Of a DNA stretch of 48,457 nucleotides, positions 43,193 to 48,457 are shown piece by piece. The stretch comes from Actinomycetota bacterium (lineage in GTDB: Bacteria; Actinomycetota; Acidimicrobiia; Acidimicrobiales; Aldehydirespiratoraceae): positions 1-48,457 of the forward strand of contig JBCBYI010000001.1 in NCBI GenBank assembly GCA_039815945.1, given 5' to 3'. Position 1 is the stretch's first letter. The number at the start of each line of letters is the position of its first letter. The notes under the pieces are model-generated. The model had not been told where the DNA came from, made no database searches, and saw nothing but the letters and a program-made list of their open reading frames with translations. The translations under genes and the position numbers were made by a program.

Positions 43193-43501
43193 TCAGGCCG
43201 GGACGGAATCTCGTTCTCGCCGGCCGCCGTTGCGGGCGATGGCGACGAGCACGATCACGACCCGGACAACCGCCGCGACGATGAGCGTTCCCAGGAGCAG
43301 GCCCCACAGCTGCCGTTCGAAGCCCTCGACCGGGGTGTTGCACTGCGGCGGATCCGACGAGTCGACGTCGACGATCAGTGGACCCTCGCAGATCGGCTCG
43401 CCGTCGGTCGTCAAGAAGAGCGCCGCCGTCACCACGACGAAGACCACGAGCCAGACGACGAACAGCCGCAGCGCGTCACGGACGATCGGCCGAGTCCCCA
43501 T
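43193..43501 (-). CDS. small 2-TM membrane protein with two Cys in the connecting loop
   Basis: 102 aa. TM1 LRLFVVWLVVFVVVTAALFL, loop ...EPICEGPLIVDVDSSDPPQCNTP... and TM2 LWGLLLGTLIVAAVVRVVIVLVAIA. High third-position GC. I recognise no family. Confidence 0.5.
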   Translation of the reverse strand: MGTRPIVRDALRLFVVWLVVFVVVTAALFLTTDGEPICEGPLIVDVDSSDPPQCNTPVEGFERQLWGLLLGTLIVAAVVRVVIVLVAIARNGGRRERDSVPA

Positions 43502-43525
43502 CCGTGGAGCTTCGCACGTCCCGGG

Positions 43526-44158
43526 TCAGGCCTTCGGGCGCCGGGCGAGCACCACGCCTTTGTCGAGTGGACGGCCGCCGTCCGGGGCCGGCGCCGCGCC
43601 GTGCTGCACGCCGACGAACCCGGCGGCACTGAGGAGCTCGCCGATCGTGGCGGGATCGAACTCGTAGGCGGTGGCCACCTGATGATCGAACGGCGTGCCG
43701 TGCGCAGCCGGTTCCCGCGACGCGAAGAAGAACAGTACGACGGGAGCACCTGACGCGAGGACGCGTTCCCATTCTGCGAAGACGGCCGGCAGCGCATCGG
43801 GCGCCAGATGGATGATCGAGTAGCGGGCGAAGATCCCACTGAACGACGACGACGCCGCGTCGAGCGCGGTCAGGTCGTCGACGAAGAACGCCAGCTGCGG
43901 GAACGCCCGCTGGGCCTGCTCGATCATTCCGGGCGACGCATCGATGCCGAAGGCCGGGAGACCCGCCCGAACGAGCGCGTCGACGCCGTGCCCGGGTCCG
44001 CAACCGACGTCGACGACCGGCCCCATTACTGGCTCGACGAGATCCACGAACCGGGCCAGCCAGCCCTTGGCGTCGGCGTCGTTCTCGAGGTCGTCGAGGA
44101 ACAACGACGCGTACCGCTCTGCGACCACGTCGTACGCGGCGGCGACGTCGTCGGACAT
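43526..44158 (-). CDS. class I SAM-dependent methyltransferase
   Basis: 210 aa. Motif I VVDVGCGPGHG, post-I FGIDASPGMIEQA and VLASGAPVVL. Confidence 0.8.
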   Translation of the reverse strand: MSDDVAAAYDVVAERYASLFLDDLENDADAKGWLARFVDLVEPVMGPVVDVGCGPGHGVDALVRAGLPAFGIDASPGMIEQAQRAFPQLAFFVDDLTALDAASSSFSGIFARYSIIHLAPDALPAVFAEWERVLASGAPVVLFFFASREPAAHGTPFDHQVATAYEFDPATIGELLSAAGFVGVQHGAAPAPDGGRPLDKGVVLARRPKA

Positions 44159-44164
44159 GGACGC

Positions 44165-45169
44165 CTAGAGCCCCAGCAACATGGCGTCGCCGAAGCTGAG
44201 GACGCGGTACTTCTCGGCGATCGCCGTCTCGTAGAGCTCCCGCCAGCGGGGGCCGACGAAACCGTCGACCAGGCAGAGCAGCGTCGACTGCGGCAGGTGG
44301 AAGTTGGTGAGCAGCACGTCGACCGCCTTCCACTCGTAGGGGCGCCGGATGAAGAGATCGCTACGGCCCGACTGCTCGCCGGTGCCCTTCCACGACTCGA
44401 GCGCTCGCACGGCGGTGGTACCGATCGCGACGACCCGATCGGCGGCCTCGACGGCGGCGGCCGTCTCGTCGGGCACCCGATACCACTCGGTGTGCATCAC
44501 GTGATCGTCGAGCCGGTCGACCATCACCGGCCGGAACGTGTCGAGCCCGACGGCGAGCTCCACGGTCGCCATGCCGATGCCGTTCACCTCGAGCGCGTCG
44601 AGCACGGCGGGCGTGAAGTGCAGACCCGCGGTGGGCGCGGCGGCGGAGAGCGGACGATCGGCGAACACCGTCTGATAGCGGGACGGATCGTCGATCTGGT
44701 TCTCGATGTAGGGCGGCAGCGGCGGCAGGCCGACCTCGGCGAGCCGACTGTGCAGATCGCTGTCGCCCGGATCGAGACGCACGACCCGGCGACCGTCACC
44801 GAGATCCTCGCCCATCTCGACAGCGAGACCGTCGGCCGTCACGACATCGCCGAGCTTCAGCTTCTTGCTCGGCTTGGCGAGCGCCTCCCAGGAACCATCA
44901 TCGCGCTCCTCGAGCAGGAGGATCTCGGCGGCGCCACCGGTCGAGCGCCGCACGGGAATACGGGCGGGCAGGACCTTGGTGTCGTTGACGACGACGAGAT
45001 CGCCGGGCTGGAGCAGATCGGGCAAATCACGGACGTGCCGGTGCTCGACGTGATCACCTCGATCGACGAGCAAACGGGCCGCGTCACGCGGCTCGATCGG
45101 CTTCTGGGCGATGCGCTCCGGCGGCAGGTCGTAGTCGATGTCGGCGAGCGTCTCGGGGCGATCCGTCAC
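44165..45169 (-). CDS. queA: tRNA preQ1(34) S-adenosylmethionine ribosyltransferase-isomerase
   Basis: Tracked to 45709. The conserved N-terminus DIDYDLPPERIAQKPIEPRDAARLLV lies just after GTG 45169, which has a TACCCT -10 hexamer 7 nt upstream. Motifs VVNDTKVLPARI, AAPTAGLHFT and AIGTTAVRALES. Confidence 0.9.
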   Translation of the reverse strand: MTDRPETLADIDYDLPPERIAQKPIEPRDAARLLVDRGDHVEHRHVRDLPDLLQPGDLVVVNDTKVLPARIPVRRSTGGAAEILLLEERDDGSWEALAKPSKKLKLGDVVTADGLAVEMGEDLGDGRRVVRLDPGDSDLHSRLAEVGLPPLPPYIENQIDDPSRYQTVFADRPLSAAAPTAGLHFTPAVLDALEVNGIGMATVELAVGLDTFRPVMVDRLDDHVMHTEWYRVPDETAAAVEAADRVVAIGTTAVRALESWKGTGEQSGRSDLFIRRPYEWKAVDVLLTNFHLPQSTLLCLVDGFVGPRWRELYETAIAEKYRVLSFGDAMLLGL

Positions 45170-45222
45170 CTCGTCGAGGGTACGAGTCTTCGTTGGAACT
45201 CCGCCCGATTCGTCTTGTAGTA

Positions 45223-45236
45223 CGAACGTATGTTCG
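45223..45236. promoter_or_regulatory. LexA SOS box (Cheo-box type CGAAC-N4-GTTCG)
   Basis: cgaacgtatgttcg has perfect palindromic half-sites in the only clearly AT-rich patch of the window. It ends 2 nt before a TATGTT -10 hexamer (45239-45244) that lies 6 nt before ATG 45251 of the DUF222/HNH gene. Confidence 0.7.
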
Positions 45237-45250
45237 TGTATGTTCTGGAG

Positions 45251-46366
45251 ATGTTGACGGCGGTGCATGACGAACTCGACGGGATCGATCTCCGCGCCTG
45301 TTCGCGCCCGGAGCTGCGGCAGTTGCTCGCCGAGTACCACCGGGTCGAGACCCACGCCGCGCAGCGTCGGCTCGCCGTGATGGCGGCAATCGATGCGCTG
45401 GGCGACGACGGCATGCCGGCGGCTACCGAGGCTCGGGTCACCACCCACCGGTCGAGCCGGAGCAGCGACCGCGATGCCGAGACGGCCTCGGTGCTGGCGG
45501 CAGTGCCCGGTGCTGCGGATTCCCTGGCCGCCGGTGCGATCACCGTCGAGCACGCCGAGCGTCTCGGGGTGCTGGTACAGGAGACCTCGGCCGAACAGGT
45601 CGCCGAGCTGATCCCGCTCGCCGAGCAGACCCCGGCCGATCTCTTCCGCAAGAAGTCCAACCGCTGGCTGTCGAGTCGGCGTTCGTTGCAGGCCGTCGAG
45701 GAGCAGCACCGCCGTCAGCGAGCCGAACGCGAGCTGAGCGTGTGGTTCGAGGGTGGCGACGCCGAGAACGGTGCGCTGCTGATCAACGGCCGGATGGACA
45801 ACGCCACCGGGCGCCAGTTCCAGGCTGCGCTGCGAGCGCTGGTCGACCGCTTGTAGCGAGAGGACGGCGGCCGTGACGGCTCACCGAACGACGTACGCAC
45901 GCCCTCCCAGCGGCGGATCGACGCGCTCGCCCTGATGGCGACCACGGAGGTCGATGCTGACGCTCCCCTGCCGGTGCGCACGATGCTGCACCTGATCGCC
46001 ACCGTCGACGACGACTCGGTCGAGTTCCTCGACGGCCAGCCCGTGCCGCAGGCGTTCCTCGACTCGCTCGATCCTCGCACCGCCGATGTCGTCGGCCATG
46101 TGTTCTCCGGCGCCGGCAAGCCGCTCTGGACGGGCCGGCGGCACCGTCTCGCCACCGTGCATCAGTGGCCCGCCCTGATCGCCCGTGATCGTGCGTGTGT
46201 CGACTGCGGCGCCGACGTTGCGTTCACCGAAGCGCACCATCCGCACGAGTGGGGCCATCACGGCCTCAACGACATCGACAACCTCGAGTTGAAGTGCCAC
46301 ACCGATCATGCGTTGGCCCACCGAGGGTCCCGGGGCGAACGACGATCCAGACCTCGGGCCGCCTAG
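45251..46366 (+). pseudogene. DUF222 / HNH endonuclease (mycobacterial REP13E12-like family) interrupted by one in-frame TAG at 45854-45856
   Basis: Tracked ORFs 45230..45856 and 45935..46366 share a frame. Reading through gives ...ALRALVDRL-TAG-REDGGRDGSPNDVRTPSQRRIDALALMA..., then the HNH region CVDCGADVAFTEAHHPHEWGHHGLNDIDNLELKCHTDH. Confidence 0.7.
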
Positions 46367-46380
46367 GGCGGTGGCGGCGG

Positions 46381-47442
46381 CTACTCGCCGGAATCGAAGA
46401 GGCCGGGCTGCGGCTCGGGACCGGTCTGGGTGGCCGGTGGCGGCGCCATGCCCAGGTGTGCGTAGGCGGCGGGGGTGGCGACGCGGCCCCGAGGGGTGCG
46501 CATCAGCAGGCCCTGCTGGATGAGGTACGGCTCGTAGACGTCCTCGACCGTCTCGGTCGGTTCGCTCACCGAGATGGCGAGGGTCGACAGCCCGACCGGG
46601 CCGCCATCGAAGCGACGGCACACCGAATCGAGCACGGCACGGCTCGCTTTGTCGAGACCCAACTCGTCGACACCGAAGAACGACAGACCGTCCTTGGCGA
46701 CCTCGGCGGAGATGTGGCCGTCGCGTTCGACCTCGGCGTAGTCGCGCACCTGGCGCAGCAGCCGGTTGGCGATGCGGGGCGTGCCCCGGGAACGGCGGGC
46801 GATCTCGTAGGCGCCACCCTCGTCGATGTCGACGTCGAGGATGCCGGCGGCTCGCATGGCGATCAACTGGAGATCGTCGACCTCGTAGTAGTCGAGACGG
46901 GCGACGAGGCCGAAGCGGTCGCGCAGCGGGCCGGTGATGAGACCGGTGCGGGTGGTCGCGCCGACCAGCGTGAAGCGGGCGAGATCGAGCGGGATCGACC
47001 GGGCGGCCGGGCCCTTGCCGAGCACGACGTCGATCCGGAAATCCTCCATCGCCGGGTAGAGCACTTCCTCGACCGGGCGGGGCAGGCGGTGGATCTCATC
47101 GATGAACAGCACATCGCCGTCCTCGAGCTTGGAGAGAATCGACGCGAGGTCGCCGGCTCGCTCGAGTGCGGGGCCGGAGGTGACCTGCAGGTTGGTGCTC
47201 ATCTCCGCGGCGATGATGTTGGCGAGGGTGGTCTTGCCGAGACCGGGCGGACCCGCGAAGAGCAGATGATCGGCCGCTTCACGACGACGAGCCGCCGCAC
47301 CGAGCATCACGCCCAAATGGCCCTTCAGCTCAGACTGGCCGACGAACTCGTTGAGCGTCTTGGGACGCAGACCCGGCTCGTCGAGCAGCAGGCCGGCGTC
47401 CTCGGGCTGATCGTCGGGAGAGAGAAGCTCTTCGCGGGCCAT
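46381..47442 (-). CDS. ruvB: Holliday junction branch migration ATPase RuvB
   Basis: 353 aa. [12 protein letters not shown], Walker [20 protein letters not shown] and the C-terminal winged-helix motifs. Confidence 0.96.
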   Translation of the reverse strand: MAREELLSPDDQPEDAGLLLDEPGLRPKTLNEFVGQSELKGHLGVMLGAAARRREAADHLLFAGPPGLGKTTLANIIAAEMSTNLQVTSGPALERAGDLASILSKLEDGDVLFIDEIHRLPRPVEEVLYPAMEDFRIDVVLGKGPAARSIPLDLARFTLVGATTRTGLITGPLRDRFGLVARLDYYEVDDLQLIAMRAAGILDVDIDEGGAYEIARRSRGTPRIANRLLRQVRDYAEVERDGHISAEVAKDGLSFFGVDELGLDKASRAVLDSVCRRFDGGPVGLSTLAISVSEPTETVEDVYEPYLIQQGLLMRTPRGRVATPAAYAHLGMAPPPATQTGPEPQPGLFDSGE

Positions 47443-47479
47443 GCGCAGTTCCTAGCAGTCGGGTGCGACGGGGACGGGA

Positions 47480-48088
47480 TCAGACGCCCGAGGCGAGACG
47501 ACGGAGGGCATCCCTGAGCAGCTCACCGGTCTCGCCCTCGGCGGGCAGATCGACCAGCACAGCGTGGATCTCGTCGGCGGCGTAGCCCAAGCCTTCGAGC
47601 GCCGAGCGCACGTCGGCGCGGGCGCCACCCCCGACGGCGGCGGGCATGCCGTCCTCGGTCAGCACCACGATCTCGCCCTCGGGGAGATCGAGCTTCGACT
47701 TCAGCTCCATCACGAGACGAGCGGCGGTCTTCTTGCCGACGCCGGGAACCAGGCACAGCGCGGCGACATCGTCCTCGGCGACCGCCCGGCGCAGGGCATC
47801 GGGGCCGTGGACCGACAGGATCGCCAACCCGAGCGCCGGGCCAACACCGTGGGCCGAGATCAGCGACTCGAACACCCGACGCTCAGCGATGGTGGCAAAG
47901 CCGTAGAGGGTCTCGGAATCCTCCCGCACGGCGTGATGGGTGTGGACGAACACCTCGCCGTCGAGCTCGCCGATGGTGACCGACGTCGATGGGGTGACCT
48001 GCACGCGATAGCCGAGACCACCGACCTCGATCAGGAGTTCGCCGTCGGGCCCACGGTCGAGCAGACGGCCACGAAGAAATCCGATCAT
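47480..48088 (-). CDS. ruvA: Holliday junction DNA helicase subunit RuvA
   Basis: Tracked to 48169. The conserved MIGFLRGRLLD N-terminus begins at ATG 48088, which overlaps the ruvC TGA (ATGA). HhH motifs GVGPALGLAIL and VPGVGKKTAARL. Confidence 0.93.
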   Translation of the reverse strand: MIGFLRGRLLDRGPDGELLIEVGGLGYRVQVTPSTSVTIGELDGEVFVHTHHAVREDSETLYGFATIAERRVFESLISAHGVGPALGLAILSVHGPDALRRAVAEDDVAALCLVPGVGKKTAARLVMELKSKLDLPEGEIVVLTEDGMPAAVGGGARADVRSALEGLGYAADEIHAVLVDLPAEGETGELLRDALRRLASGV

Positions 48089-48457
48089 GGTTGACTCGCT
48101 TTCGTCGAGGCGGTCGAGGAGGCGACCGACGCGCGGGTGCGTCGGCCGGGGACCCGGGCGAGATGACACAACGCCACGGCGGTGGCATCGGCGGCATCGA
48201 CGGGCGACAGCTTCTTCGAGAGGCCGAGGAGGGTCTGCACCATCTCCCCGATCTCGTGCTTGCCGGCCGAGCCGTACCCGGCGACGGCTTGCTTGATCTC
48301 GTTGGGCGAGTACTCGGCGACGTCGCAGCCGGCCGCGACCGCCTCGGCCATCGCCAGCCCACTCGCCATGCCGACGCCCATTGCGGTCGACACGTTGTGC
48401 TGGAACAGCACCCGCTCGACCGCCACCACATCGGGCCGCAGATCGGCGATCAATGCC
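48085..48457 (-). CDS. ruvC: crossover junction endodeoxyribonuclease RuvC (N-terminus off the right window edge)
   Basis: The reading frame is open to the window end. VAVERVLFQHNVSTAMGVGMASG, EYSPNEIKQAVAGYGSAGK and DAADATAVALCH match the RuvC C-terminal half. Confidence 0.9.
   Translation of the reverse strand, partial: ALIADLRPDVVAVERVLFQHNVSTAMGVGMASGLAMAEAVAAGCDVAEYSPNEIKQAVAGYGSAGKHEIGEMVQTLLGLSKKLSPVDAADATAVALCHLARVPGRRTRASVASSTASTKASQP

Noticed and set aside
36985-44158. Is the tgt-queA insertion a known anti-phage defence system, prophage remnant or biosynthetic cluster?
   Set aside because: I see no nuclease/helicase/ATPase defence hallmarks, no phage structural or integrase genes, and no core biosynthetic enzymes. 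It is reported only as an accessory block with individually interesting genes.
45854-45856. In-frame TAG as pyrrolysine or programmed read-through.
   Set aside because: There is no pyl context. The stop lies in a variable linker of a selfish-element-type gene with no downstream structure. A simple nonsense mutation is the economical reading.

Overview
High-GC, actinobacterial-type chromosome segment with about 50 genes, almost all on the minus strand. All identifications come from reading motifs by eye, not from database searches. Most of the window is conserved housekeeping backbone. In transcription order (right to left) it reads ruvC-ruvA-ruvB, queA, tgt-yajC-secD-secF-apt-relA-hisS-aspS, rarA, a DUF948-like pair, alaS-ruvX-mltG-aroE, aroB-pepQ-efp-nusB, a GNAT gene, then pyrR-pyrB-pyrC-carA-carB-pyrD-pyrF-mihF-gmk-rpoZ-coaBC-metK. 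Many tracked ORFs carry false N-terminal extensions or are antisense shadows typical of high-GC DNA, so I re-set about 12 starts. Accessory material sits at three places. (i) A ~7.2 kb insertion between tgt and queA (36.9-44.2 kb) carries a polytopic-membrane/SGNH-esterase fusion, a DUF1772-like membrane protein, an FkbM-like protein, an MtfA/M90-like peptidase, two SAM methyltransferases, a 2-Cys mini membrane protein and a thioredoxin-fold oxidoreductase. (ii) An interrupted DUF222/HNH gene lies between queA and ruvB behind a perfect LexA SOS box. (iii) A prepilin peptidase and a DUF4388 protein lie between aroE and aroB. The most interesting signal is in the oxidoreductase. Two tracked ORFs (42902..43171 and 42014..42796) are one reading frame broken by a single in-frame TGA exactly at the first Cys of the redox motif (W-TGA-P-P-C). 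A two-part hairpin with a GGUCG apical loop starts a few nt downstream, which is the geometry of a bacterial SECIS element, so this is a candidate selenoprotein. Other notable points are a 4 x 27 bp in-frame tandem repeat extending PyrR, a Bacillus-style PyrR attenuator (binding loop plus terminator with a U-tract), and at least 12 genes with a TANNNT -10 hexamer 6-9 nt upstream of the start codon (leaderless mRNAs). No rRNA, tRNA, CRISPR array or transposase was seen.
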